Below, in pieces: positions 17,915 through 27,240 of a stretch of 60,469 bases of DNA. Origin of the DNA: Gammaproteobacteria bacterium (lineage in GTDB: Bacteria; Pseudomonadota; Gammaproteobacteria; Pseudomonadales; Azotimanducaceae); contig JAPUGI010000206.1 of NCBI GenBank assembly GCA_027292925.1, positions 1 to 60,469 of the forward strand, given 5' to 3'. A program made the translations under genes and the position numbers. Position 1 is the stretch's first letter, and the number at the start of each line of letters is the position of its first letter. The notes under the pieces were generated by a model. The model made no database searches. It had not been told where the DNA came from and was given only the letters and a program-made list of their open reading frames with translations.

Positions 17915-19339
17915 ATGCCTGATTTTGTACTTGTTGTAAAAGAAGACTGCGCGACTTGCCGATTGGTGGTTCCAGTAGTTAACCAACTGGCTAAACTTTT
18001 TGACCTGGAAGTATATTCTCAGGATAACCCGAATTTCCCGCCAGAAATTAGTGTCATTGATGACAGCGAATTGGAAAAGTCCTGGTCACTCAACATAGAA
18101 ACAGTACCAACCATCATCAAGTACGATCATAGTAGCGAAACTGGTCGCAGCTTTGGTTGGGACAGAGAGGCCTGGGAAGCCTTAACAGGTGAATCATTGA
18201 TACCTGATCTACCTGATTTTAGACCCGGGTGTGGATCCAGGACAATGGATCCGGGGATGCTGGAAAAATTGTCGGTAAAGTTTGGAAAGGACAAATTACA
18301 CTCCAGACGAGTTATTACGGCAGATGAAGAAGACGAAATTGAGGCGTGTTTTGACCGAGACTGGTCTGATGGTTTTCCGGTAGTTCCTCCAACTGAAATC
18401 AGGGTAGTGAGGATGTTGTCGGGAACGTTCCGCGATCCGGTAGAAGTAATCGGCACAGTGCCACCGGATTACGGTGAATGCACGATAGAAAAAATTGCCG
18501 TTAATGCGGTGATGGCAGGATGCAAACCCGAGTACCTGCCTGTTGTCATTACAGCCGTTGAAGCCGCCCTGCAGGATGAATTCTGTATGCATGGGTTGCT
18601 GGCAACTACCTATTTTTCAGGACCCATGGTATTGGTTAATGGTCCCATTTCGCGCGCCATCGGGATGAATTCAAGAGGCAATGCCCTGGGTCAGGGCAAT
18701 CGCGCCAATGCCACTATCGGGCGGGCACTCCAACTGGTGATACGCAACGTTGGAGGTGGCAAACCTGGAGGTGTAGATCGTTCCGTTCTTGGCAACCCAG
18801 GCAAATATTCCTACTGTTTTGCCGAAGACGAGACCAACTCCTGCTGGGAGTCTTTGGCAGTTGAAAAGGGTTTCACCAGTGATCAGTCAACTGTAACGCT
18901 GTTTGCTGCAGATGGCATGCAAGGAATTGTAGATCAGAAGTCCCGCGAGCCTGAATCATTAGCACGCACCTTTGCCGCTGGGTTAAGAGTCGCTTCACAT
19001 CCAAAGCTGGTTATGGCAGCAGATGCCTTCCTGGTTGTATCGCCGGAACATGAGAGGGTTTTCAGAGACGCAAACTGGTCGAAACAACAATTGAAGGACA
19101 AGCTCAATCAATTACTGATGATTCCCGGCGCGGAACTCGTCATCGGTGCAAACGGTATTGCAGAGGGGATTCCTGAAAAATTCAGGGATGCGACATTGCC
19201 TAAATTTCGCGAAGGTGGATTGAACATTGTAAGAGCAGGCGGAAGTGCAGGGCTATTCTCTGCCATAATCGCAGGATGGGGAGCCAGTGGGGATATTGGC
19301 AGTGTTCCAGTCACCCGTGAAATCTCCCACCTCCAGTAA
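17915..19339 (+). CDS. Thioredoxin-fold (CxxC) domain fused to a ~370-aa conserved domain of unknown function
   Basis: 474 aa. The N-terminal ~100 aa, VVKEDCATCRLVVPVVNQL...ETVPTIIKY, look like a Trx-like fold with a CATC dithiol. I cannot assign the rest (DWSDGFPVVPPT, AVNAVMAGCKPEYLPV, NALGQGNRANATIGRALQL) to a named family. It starts 12 nt after kdsB. Confidence 0.6.
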   Translation: MPDFVLVVKEDCATCRLVVPVVNQLAKLFDLEVYSQDNPNFPPEISVIDDSELEKSWSLNIETVPTIIKYDHSSETGRSFGWDREAWEALTGESLIPDLPDFRPGCGSRTMDPGMLEKLSVKFGKDKLHSRRVITADEEDEIEACFDRDWSDGFPVVPPTEIRVVRMLSGTFRDPVEVIGTVPPDYGECTIEKIAVNAVMAGCKPEYLPVVITAVEAALQDEFCMHGLLATTYFSGPMVLVNGPISRAIGMNSRGNALGQGNRANATIGRALQLVIRNVGGGKPGGVDRSVLGNPGKYSYCFAEDETNSCWESLAVEKGFTSDQSTVTLFAADGMQGIVDQKSREPESLARTFAAGLRVASHPKLVMAADAFLVVSPEHERVFRDANWSKQQLKDKLNQLLMIPGAELVIGANGIAEGIPEKFRDATLPKFREGGLNIVRAGGSAGLFSAIIAGWGASGDIGSVPVTREISHLQ

Positions 19340-19368
19340 ACAGTTAACGGTAACAAAAGGAGCTAATC

Positions 19369-19887
19369 ATGAGCACCACATTAATGGACCCGACTTCGGA
19401 GATGGCTTCGGAGCACCGGGAGCCCCTTCCAAGGCCAACCTCGTTGGATGGTTTAACGGTGGGCTTACTGGATATTTCCAAAGCTCGTGGCGACATCTTC
19501 ATTGATCGGATTGAAGACCTGCTGGTCCAGCGAGGGATCAAAACACGCCGCTATAAAAAGCCAACGTTTACTCGAGTTGCTCCCCTAGAACTGACACAGC
19601 AGATCGCAACTGAATGTGACGTTGTTGTGGAGTCGCTGGCCGATTGAGGTTCATGTACGTCGTGCAGTTTGCATGACATTCTGGATCTTGATAGAAGGGG
19701 ACTCCCCGGTGGGTTTGTCGCATCTGAAGAATTCGTAGAGGCTGCCAGCGCCCAGGCAAAATCGCTGGGCTTTGATCCCCATAAGGTTTTTGTCCCTCAT
19801 CCGATCCAGGACAGGACCGATGAGGAGATGCAACAGATTGCCGAAAATGCGTTTGACGAGGTACTCGCGCTAATCTTGAGTAAATAG
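19369..19887 (+). CDS. UGSC-motif selenoprotein (Sec encoded by TGA at 19645-19647); merges track ORFs 19369..19647 and 19669..19887
   Basis: Both ORFs are in the same frame. Read-through gives ...ECDVVVESLAD-U-GSCTSCSLHDILDL.... A strong SD (AAGGAG) precedes 19369, and there is no SD before the TTG at 19669. A SECIS-like hairpin lies 11 nt after the UGA. Confidence 0.7.
19659..19677 (+). promoter_or_regulatory. Candidate bacterial SECIS hairpin
   Basis: GUCGUGC-AGUUU-GCAUGAC forms a 7-bp stem (one G.U) with a 5-nt loop containing GU. It starts exactly 11 nt 3' of the UGA, the spacing of the minimal E. coli fdhF element. Confidence 0.5.
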
Positions 19888-19911
19888 TGCGCCAAGCTCG
19901 TCATGCTTCGC

Positions 19912-19938
19912 GCCCTCAGCATGACCGAAGCTGAGGGC
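19912..19938. terminator. Hairpin between convergent genes (possible bidirectional terminator)
   Basis: GCCCTCAGC-atgaccgaa-GCTGAGGGC forms a 9-bp stem. An overlapping alternative is GACCGAAGC...GCTTCGGTC. There is no clear U-tract. Confidence 0.4.
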
Positions 19939-19946
19939 GGCTTCGG

Positions 19947-20717
19947 TCACCGTGGCGCCATGCGAATGCCACTGTCGAGGCGGATAACTTCTCCATTGAT
20001 ATAAGTGCAGTTAACGATAAAGGCGGCAGTCTGCGCGAACTCAGTGGGATCTCCCAGCCGCATTGGGAACTGCGTCATTTCGATAAGGGGTTCGCGTACC
20101 TCGGGTGGTGCAAACTGCATCATTGGAGTTTCGAATATACCGGGCGCGATAGTTGCAATCCGAATACCCTGTCGACTCAGATCGCGGGCAATTGGCAAGG
20201 TCATGCCAGCAACACCTGCTTTACTTGCACTGTAGGCTGCCTGGCCTATCTGGCCATCAAATGCTGCAACTGAAGCCACATTCACAATCACGCCGCGTTC
20301 ACCATCTTCTGTGACTGGTTCATTGTTCTGCATCACCTCGGCACATAACCGCAGGCAGTTGAATGTTCCTATCAGGTTAACTCTCAATACAAATTCGAAT
20401 GCCTCAAGTGGCATAGGACCGTTTTTTCCAACGGTTCTACCGGCAGCTCCGATTCCGGCGCTATTGACGTTTATATGTAGACCTCCCAATGCATCGACAG
20501 TTTTCTGTATTGCTGCTTTGACGGCTTCTTCATCTGCAACATCACCCGCTGCCCAGCTGGCGTTATCACCTAGATCTTCTGCTGCTTTCTGGGCGTTTTC
20601 CTCATTTAGGTCAAATACCATGACTTTAGCGCCAGCGTTTATAAAGTTGTCTGCGGTTGCGCGGCCCAATCCGGATGCACCCCCAGTGATGAACGCAACC
20701 TTGTTTTGTAAATCCAT
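19947..20717 (-). CDS. Short-chain dehydrogenase/reductase, 3-hydroxyacyl-CoA dehydrogenase type II-like
   Basis: MDLQNKVAFITGGASGLGRAT is the TGxxxGxG motif, and YSASKAGVAGMT is the YxxxK motif. I prefer the Met at 20717 to the track start at 20765. Confidence 0.8.
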   Translation of the reverse strand: MDLQNKVAFITGGASGLGRATADNFINAGAKVMVFDLNEENAQKAAEDLGDNASWAAGDVADEEAVKAAIQKTVDALGGLHINVNSAGIGAAGRTVGKNGPMPLEAFEFVLRVNLIGTFNCLRLCAEVMQNNEPVTEDGERGVIVNVASVAAFDGQIGQAAYSASKAGVAGMTLPIARDLSRQGIRIATIAPGIFETPMMQFAPPEVREPLIEMTQFPMRLGDPTEFAQTAAFIVNCTYINGEVIRLDSGIRMAPR

Positions 20718-20823
20718 GAAGTTTTTTCCAAACAGGTGTGAAAGTGAGCAGGCAGTATACCTCACTAAAAAACACCTCTAAGTAGCGGGTATAATCCGGT
20801 GGAAAACAGACGGTATCGTTAAT

Positions 20824-21825
20824 TTGCAACTCCAGGAAAATTTCAGTCTAGCCAAACACAACACACTTGGTCTTGATATTTCCACTCGTTACTTCTGCAG
20901 AGCCCATTGCCAGCAGGAATTGTCAGAAGTGCTGGCGTTCGCCAGAGAGGAAAAACTAAGAATTCTCGTGCTTGGAGGCGGCAGTAATATTGTATTTACG
21001 AAGAATTTTGACGGGTTGGTTTTGATGCTAGATTTCCGCGGTGTACAGGTCGATGGTCAAAAAGTCACCGTTGGTGCAGGGGAAAATTGGCATTGGCTGG
21101 TGCGGCATACTTTGCAGAGAGGTTTGTTCGGCCTCGAAAATCTGTCCCTGATTCCAGGTCTTGCCGGGGCCGCGCCGATTCAGAACATTGGCGCCTATGG
21201 CCAGGAATTGGACCAGGTATTCGTGGAACTTGAGGCAACAGACCTCTCAACCGGTGAAGAAATCAACTTTACTAGTAGCGACTGCTGTTTTGGTTATCGC
21301 CACAGCATTTTCAAGGATGAACTTAAAGACCGAATGGCCATAACACATATCACCTTACGGCTCTGTTCGGATTTTACCCCGATCCTGAATTATCAGGATG
21401 TCGTAAATGAACTCGAGAGTCTGGGGGAAGGAATACCAACAGCAACGGACATAAGTGATGCAGTGATCGCGGTCAGGAAGCGAAAACTTCCCAACCCGGA
21501 CAAGCAGGGCAATGTTGGTAGTTTCTTCAAAAATCCAGAGATGCAGTCTCAAAAATTGGAGAAGTTCAAGCAGCGATGGCCGGATGTACCCTCGCGTCAA
21601 CTGCAGAGCGGCGTCCACAAAATACCCGCTGCCTGGCTAATCGAGAAGGCGGGAATGAAGGGTATGTCCATCGGTGATGCTGCGGTTTCAACACTGCACG
21701 CCCTGGTCATCGTGAACCGGGGAAATGCCAGTAGCGGGGATGTTTTGGGGCTGGGCGCAAGGGTTGAAAAACAGGTTCTAGCTGAGTTCGGTATTCGACT
21801 AGAGATAGAACCCGTATTCTACTAA
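20824..21825 (+). CDS. murB: UDP-N-acetylenolpyruvoylglucosamine reductase
   Basis: 333 aa with a TTG start. Motifs: [50 protein letters not shown]. Confidence 0.9.
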   Translation: MQLQENFSLAKHNTLGLDISTRYFCRAHCQQELSEVLAFAREEKLRILVLGGGSNIVFTKNFDGLVLMLDFRGVQVDGQKVTVGAGENWHWLVRHTLQRGLFGLENLSLIPGLAGAAPIQNIGAYGQELDQVFVELEATDLSTGEEINFTSSDCCFGYRHSIFKDELKDRMAITHITLRLCSDFTPILNYQDVVNELESLGEGIPTATDISDAVIAVRKRKLPNPDKQGNVGSFFKNPEMQSQKLEKFKQRWPDVPSRQLQSGVHKIPAAWLIEKAGMKGMSIGDAAVSTLHALVIVNRGNASSGDVLGLGARVEKQVLAEFGIRLEIEPVFY

Positions 21826-24365
21826 CCAGCTTGTTGCTCAGATTCTGACGCTTTTTGCGGCTCATCATCCGGCGGCGTAATGTCCGTGGATTCTATCGAA
21901 GCGTTATCTGGAGTTTCTACCGGGCTCGCATCCGGCGAATTTTCTTGTTCTGCTTCGGATGAAGCCGTATCAGTCACCACGCCACCACCTCTGGGATCAT
22001 TTGCAGCACGACCACGGGTGCTGGGGTGGGTGGAGTTGATGATTGGCTCAACAAATTCCAACACTTCAACCTGGGGTGTTACTGGTGCTTCAACCAGCAC
22101 CGGTCCTGAAGATACAGGGGCAGGTTTATTTCGAGGGTCGTTGTCTGCCCGACCACGTTCCGATGCATGAACCACCTGCTCTGCAGGCTTTTCAGTCGTT
22201 TCAATAGATTTGCTTGCAATAACTGGTTCGGCTGCAGGTACCTTCGGCTTTTCTGCAGTTATTTCCGGACGACTGGCTGGTGGGCTCGGATCTTTCTTTA
22301 CTTCACGCTTAGCCTCATGCTGCGATGGCTTGCTGTTTTCGCTCGCACGCGCAGACTCCACCGGCCGACTGCGGCGTTTTTGCTGACCACGTTCCCGATT
22401 TCCCTGGTTTCGTTTGTCCTCTCCTTTCTTCTCAGCCTGTTCTGTTTCACGGGACCTGTCCCTTGGTTTCCCCGCGCGATTCTGCTCTGCACGCTCGGTG
22501 CGGTTAGCGGATTTACGGCTATCGTTACTTTTACGATTGTCCTCGTTGCTCCGGTTTCGGTTACCACGTTGCTCGGTACGCCGTTTGTTTCGATTGTCTT
22601 CCTGCCGGTTTCTTGAACTTTGGTCACGATCGACTCGGCGGTTGATTTCGCTACGTTCTCTTGTTTTCTGAGGTGGTCTCGATGCTACCTTTGCATCTGC
22701 AGTGAAGATCGAAATGATACTCGCCAGAAGTCCCGATCCGTTTTTCTTTGCGGGTTTTGGTGGTGGTGCTGCAGGCGTAACACTTTTCACCGCTGCTTTC
22801 TCAGGTGCAATTGCCTTGGCGACGGGCTGTGGCGCTTCTTCCATCTCGTCGGAGCTGGTTATCTCGTAGCTGGCCACGCTGTCTTCGCCTTCATCCGCGC
22901 GGATTCGCTCTACTCTGTAGTGCGGCGTCTCCATGGTTGCCTCTGGAACGACAATCACTCGTACGTCGTTTCTTTCCTCTATTTCACTTAACACATTGCG
23001 TTTTTCATTCACAAGGAATGAGGCGACAGATATGGGCAGGAATGCCCTGATTTCAGCGCTGGTGTCCTTGAGTGCTTCTTCCTCCACCATGCGAATGACC
23101 GCTAGCGCAGAGGATTCAATATCCCTGATCGAACCAAGGCCGCTACAGCGAGGGCAAACGATGGCGTGGGTTTCGCCCAATGAAGGTCGTAATCTTTGTC
23201 GGGACATTTCCAACAGGCCAAAGCGGGAAATTCTGCCCACCTGGACCCTGGCGCGGTCAACCTGCAGTGCATCTCGCATTCGGTTCTCAACTATGCGCTG
23301 GTTTTTCGGCGATGTCATATCTATAAAATCGATCACGACAAGTCCGCCGATATCACGTATCCGTAACTGGCGGCAGATTTCGTCGGCCGCTTCCAGGTTT
23401 GTGTTGAGCGCAGTTTCCTCGATATCTGCACCACGAGTAGCTCTCGCTGAATTGATGTCGATCGAAACAAGCGCTTCTGTCGGGTCAATCACAACAGAAC
23501 CCCCGGAAGGCAAAGTAACCCCTCGTTGGAAGGCCGATTCAATCTGGCCCTCAATCTGATATCGGTTGAAAAGGGGTACATCACTTTCGTAGCGCTTAAT
23601 TCTTGATTTGAACTGGGGCATGACCTGCTCAACGAACTGATTGGCCTGCTCAAGTGCTTCGTCGGTGTCGATCAGTATTTCGCCAATATCATCACGCAGA
23701 TAATCGCGGATGGCACGAATGATGACGTCGCTCTCCTGATAGATCAGGAAGGGTGCTTCCTGTTCTTTTCCGGCTGTTTTTATGGCTTCCGCCAACTGGA
23801 GAAGATAATTAAGGTCCCACTGCAGTTCCTCGGCGCTTCTGCCAAGCCCTGCGGTGCGAACGATGACCCCCATGTTTTTGGGAACCTCAAGTTTTGCCAG
23901 GGACTCTCTTAACAGATCGCGCTCTTCACCATCGATTCGACGGGATATTCCACCGGCACGCGGGTTATTCGGCATTAGTACCAGGTAGCGACCGGCCAGG
24001 CTGCAGAACGTTGTCAGTGCTGCACCCTTATTGCCGCGTTCTTCCTTGTCAACCTGGACGACAATCTCCAGACCTTCCTTGATTACCTCAGAAATGTTGA
24101 TCCGTCCCTTGATCTTTGAGGGGGGAATAGAGAAATATTCTCGAGCAATTTCTTTAAGAGGGAGGAAGCCATGGCGATTGCCACCAAAGTCCACGAAGGC
24201 GGCTTCAAGGCTCGGCTCAACCCGGGTGATCCGGGCCTTATAAATATTGGCTTTTTTCTGTTCCCTGGCCCTGCTTTCAATGTCCAGGTCGTACAGTTTT
24301 TGCCCGTCTACCAGGGCAACTCGCAACTCCTCGGTGTGAGTTGCATTAATTAACATTCTTTTCAT
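21822..24365 (-). CDS. rne: Ribonuclease E
   Basis: 847 aa starting [30 protein letters not shown]. It has S1, DNase-I-like and Zn-link (CPRCSG) catalytic domains, then an Arg/Pro/Glu-rich low-complexity scaffold tail. Confidence 0.95.
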   Translation of the reverse strand: MKRMLINATHTEELRVALVDGQKLYDLDIESRAREQKKANIYKARITRVEPSLEAAFVDFGGNRHGFLPLKEIAREYFSIPPSKIKGRINISEVIKEGLEIVVQVDKEERGNKGAALTTFCSLAGRYLVLMPNNPRAGGISRRIDGEERDLLRESLAKLEVPKNMGVIVRTAGLGRSAEELQWDLNYLLQLAEAIKTAGKEQEAPFLIYQESDVIIRAIRDYLRDDIGEILIDTDEALEQANQFVEQVMPQFKSRIKRYESDVPLFNRYQIEGQIESAFQRGVTLPSGGSVVIDPTEALVSIDINSARATRGADIEETALNTNLEAADEICRQLRIRDIGGLVVIDFIDMTSPKNQRIVENRMRDALQVDRARVQVGRISRFGLLEMSRQRLRPSLGETHAIVCPRCSGLGSIRDIESSALAVIRMVEEEALKDTSAEIRAFLPISVASFLVNEKRNVLSEIEERNDVRVIVVPEATMETPHYRVERIRADEGEDSVASYEITSSDEMEEAPQPVAKAIAPEKAAVKSVTPAAPPPKPAKKNGSGLLASIISIFTADAKVASRPPQKTRERSEINRRVDRDQSSRNRQEDNRNKRRTEQRGNRNRSNEDNRKSNDSRKSANRTERAEQNRAGKPRDRSRETEQAEKKGEDKRNQGNRERGQQKRRSRPVESARASENSKPSQHEAKREVKKDPSPPASRPEITAEKPKVPAAEPVIASKSIETTEKPAEQVVHASERGRADNDPRNKPAPVSSGPVLVEAPVTPQVEVLEFVEPIINSTHPSTRGRAANDPRGGGVVTDTASSEAEQENSPDASPVETPDNASIESTDITPPDDEPQKASESEQQAG

Positions 24366-24818
24366 TACGATATCACTGTGTGGGCGTTTCTAACGCCGCG
24401 ACTTAAGTGAATCGCCAAATCTTTGGTTCTAAATAGCTTACGGTACAGTGTGTTCGATGTAACTCCTGGACTTGTTTATTGTTTTTCTATGCAACAGCGG
24501 TAGGTTTTTATGAATGAGAATATTCCCTGATGTAGTAGGGGGGTTGAACTAATACTCTTTCAAAATAGCTATTTCCTAAAACGCTCTTTCGTAGCAATAA
24601 ACTGATTTGACAATTCTTAGTCGCGGTCAGTTGAACGCGGTTAAACTTGTCCAGCGCTTCCAATCCGGATAGTTGCTGGAATTCTTAAAATTCATTTATG
24701 CGATAATTTGTTCGCTGAATGGGTTCCAGACGGTTCGAATCATTCAGTTGATGTATAAACTCGTCTGCGCGCCATAATAGCAGCAAATAATGTGTGATCA
24801 AAGTAACCAGTCCTAAAG
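24366..24818. promoter_or_regulatory. Long divergent rne/rluC intergenic region containing the presumed rne 5' leader
   Basis: 453 bp with no ORF. E. coli rne has a long autoregulatory structured leader. The hairpin GGCGTT-tct-AACGCC (24383-24397) lies ~18 nt upstream of the rne start on the mRNA. No boundaries were determined. Confidence 0.4.
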
Positions 24819-25790
24819 ATGCCGCTCAACCACTTTTATCGAATCAATCCCCCGAGTGTGCAACTCCTTGAAATAGAGGAAGATTTCGCCGGACAGCGTG
24901 TGGATAATTATCTCTTGAAGCTACTCAAAGGCGTTCCAAAATCGCGCATTTATCGAATCATGCGCAGGGGAGAGGTGCGACTGAACGGAAAGCGGATAAA
25001 ACCCGGTACCCGGTTGCAGGCCGGAGACCAGCTCAGGATTCCGCCGGTTCGAGTCAGCGAGACCAACGAGTCCCGTAATGTTTATCTTGAAAAAAATGTT
25101 GAAAAAACAATACTTTATGAAGATGAAGTAATGTTAATTATAAATAAACCTGTAGGCGTTGCAGTCCATGGTGGAAGTGGCATCTCAGCTGGCATCATCG
25201 AATCCCTGCGCTATACGCGCCCACAGGACCGGCACCTGGAGCTGGTCCACAGGTTGGACCGCGGGACCTCCGGGTGTCTGATGATTGCGAAGCGTCGATC
25301 GCATTTAAAGCTGTTACACGCCGAACTGCGGCATAAGAACGGCCTGAAAAAGTACTACCAGGTGATCACCCATGGCAATTGGCCGCTGCGCAAACAGCAT
25401 ATAAATGCACCGATTGCTCGAAATATCCTGCGAAGTGGGGAAAGAGTGAGCAGGGTGCAGGCTGGTGGAAAGGAATGTCTCACGGAATTTAGAAGCCTGG
25501 CCCGCAATGGAGAATTTAGTGTCCTTGAAGCAAAGCCGATTACCGGACGGACCCATCAAATCAGGGTGCATTGTCGATATGCAGGGTTTCCGGTGGTGGG
25601 CGATGATAAGTATGGCCTTGAGGATGCCGACAGAAAGTTGCAGCACAGGGGAATGAAACGGATGATGTTACATGCATCACGGCTGGAGATCCCTGCCCTT
25701 GGAGACTATCCCGCTATTCAAGTTGAAGCACCGGCCGATGGTCAGATGCAGCGACTAGTTGATGAGATATATACAAATAAAATCAACTAG
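24819..25790 (+). CDS. rluC: 23S rRNA pseudouridine synthase RluC
   Basis: 323 aa with an S4 domain followed by HRLDRGTSGCLMIAKR (catalytic Asp motif). It is divergent from rne, as in E. coli and Pseudomonas. Confidence 0.9.
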   Translation: MPLNHFYRINPPSVQLLEIEEDFAGQRVDNYLLKLLKGVPKSRIYRIMRRGEVRLNGKRIKPGTRLQAGDQLRIPPVRVSETNESRNVYLEKNVEKTILYEDEVMLIINKPVGVAVHGGSGISAGIIESLRYTRPQDRHLELVHRLDRGTSGCLMIAKRRSHLKLLHAELRHKNGLKKYYQVITHGNWPLRKQHINAPIARNILRSGERVSRVQAGGKECLTEFRSLARNGEFSVLEAKPITGRTHQIRVHCRYAGFPVVGDDKYGLEDADRKLQHRGMKRMMLHASRLEIPALGDYPAIQVEAPADGQMQRLVDEIYTNKIN

Positions 25791-26407
25791 TTGTAAGTAT
25801 TTCTTAATGTTGAAAGTTGCCAGTTAAATAATGCCAGGGTTTCTTGCAGTAGCATCAACGGTAAACCATACAGCGTGTTAATGTCGCGCCCCTGGGAATC
25901 TTCCAGTAACGTAATACCTGCTGATTCAGCCTTGATGCTCCCGGCGCAGTCGAATGGACGGTCAATATAAAGGTAGGCGTCAATTTCATGGGGCTGTAAA
26001 GAGCGGAATTTGACCTTGTAACATTCCACAGCCTGATGGGTACAACCCGTCTCGTCAATGAGGCATATTGCAGTGGTGAACGAAACCCAATTTCCGCTGC
26101 AGGCGGCCAATTGCCGTGTGGCTGCCTCAAATGAACCCGGCTTGCCAAAACTATGCTCATTCAGATGCGCAACCTGATCAGAGCCGATAACGATAAACGG
26201 CGAATGTGGCTCAATACCGCGAACCGCAGATTGGGCCTTGCCTAGAGCCAAGCGTAATGCGGTATTACTGGGTGATTCACCGGCCTGGCCTGATTCCTGA
26301 ATCTCCGGGTCCACCTGTTCAAACGGGATTTTTAGCTTACCAAGGAGTTCCCTTCGATAGACCGAAGTTGATGCCAGGATTATTTTTGGTGGGCGGGTCT
26401 GATGCAA
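25787..26407 (-). CDS. yceF: Maf-like nucleoside triphosphate pyrophosphatase (YceF type)
   Basis: 206 aa. KIILASTSVYRRELLGKLKIPFEQVDPEIQE is the Maf N-terminal signature. Its stop overlaps the rluC stop in the palindrome CTAG. Confidence 0.85.
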   Translation of the reverse strand: MHQTRPPKIILASTSVYRRELLGKLKIPFEQVDPEIQESGQAGESPSNTALRLALGKAQSAVRGIEPHSPFIVIGSDQVAHLNEHSFGKPGSFEAATRQLAACSGNWVSFTTAICLIDETGCTHQAVECYKVKFRSLQPHEIDAYLYIDRPFDCAGSIKAESAGITLLEDSQGRDINTLYGLPLMLLQETLALFNWQLSTLRNTYN

Positions 26408-26490
26408 GGAATTCCCTGGCTACCTTATCGTTATAAAGCGCTATATTACCATTTGACAGTGCTGGGTCGGATGCCTAAGATGCGCCCCTT

Positions 26491-27006
26491 ATGTTGACAG
26501 GGCCCCTCCCAGAACAGGTCGACCACCGCAAGCTGGTGAGTGATCGGGCCATATTGCAAGGCATTATCCCTTTGCATCGATTTTCACGGCTGGCACGGTT
26601 GCTGGAAAGCGATGTTGGAAACGCGCGGATCAGGCTTGAATTCAGGAAGCGCAAAAGGCAACAGACGATGGTGGTTGGCAAGGCGCGATTCGAAGCTAGC
26701 CTTATTTGCCAGGCCTGTCTGGAGTCCTTGAAGATTCCACTGGAAATTGGGGTCCGCTTGATCCTCGTCAGCTCAGAGCAGGAGCTACTTGACTTAAAGC
26801 AGAGTGAAGATGGACTGGTGATTGACGCAAAACTGGTCAAGCTGGTTGACCTGCTTGAAGATGAGTTCATAGTCAGCCTGCCGATGGTGCCGAGACATAA
26901 CTTTGGGACGTGTGGGGTGTTTGTTGAAATGCCACAACAGGTTGATATCGAGGAAACATATCGACCTTTTGCCGCATTGCCAGTAATACAAGAAGATACA
27001 AACTAA
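26491..27006 (+). CDS. yceD: YceD/DUF177 large-subunit rRNA accumulation protein
   Basis: 171 aa with a CQACLE...(x)n...C pattern and an acidic C-terminus. It lies immediately upstream of rpmF, the conserved position. Confidence 0.85.
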   Translation: MLTGPLPEQVDHRKLVSDRAILQGIIPLHRFSRLARLLESDVGNARIRLEFRKRKRQQTMVVGKARFEASLICQACLESLKIPLEIGVRLILVSSEQELLDLKQSEDGLVIDAKLVKLVDLLEDEFIVSLPMVPRHNFGTCGVFVEMPQQVDIEETYRPFAALPVIQEDTN

Positions 27007-27024
27007 CAAGGAAAGGAGCAGGCT

Positions 27025-27204
27025 ATGGCTGTTCAGAAAAGCAAGGTTACTCGCTCAAGACGTGGTCTCCGCCGTTCACACGATTCGCTAAAGGGGCCAA
27101 CTTTATCCGAAGATACAACCACTGGTGAGATTCATCGACGTCACCACGTTACTGCAGATGGTTTTTATCGCGGTAAGAAAGTCGTCCATACTGCGGGCGA
27201 CTAG
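27025..27204 (+). CDS. rpmF: 50S ribosomal protein L32
   Basis: Below the track length cutoff. My translation is [59 protein letters not shown] (59 aa). An SD (GGAAAGGAG) lies upstream. Confidence 0.92.
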   Translation: MAVQKSKVTRSRRGLRRSHDSLKGPTLSEDTTTGEIHRRHHVTADGFYRGKKVVHTAGD

Positions 27205-27240
27205 TCCAGGGAATTCTCCGCGCAACAAGAGAGAAGGGAC

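Noticed and set aside
20311-20781. A 156-aa plus-strand ORF opposite the SDR gene.
   Set aside because: It is antisense to a clear SDR with TGxxxGxG and YxxxK motifs, and I recognised no motifs in it.
21880-23559. A string of long plus-strand ORFs (96-208 aa) opposite rne.
   Set aside because: They lie antisense to the clearly genuine RNase E gene. Their translations are low-complexity, Arg/Ser/Cys/Phe-rich products of the biased rne tail and have no RBS or recognisable domains.
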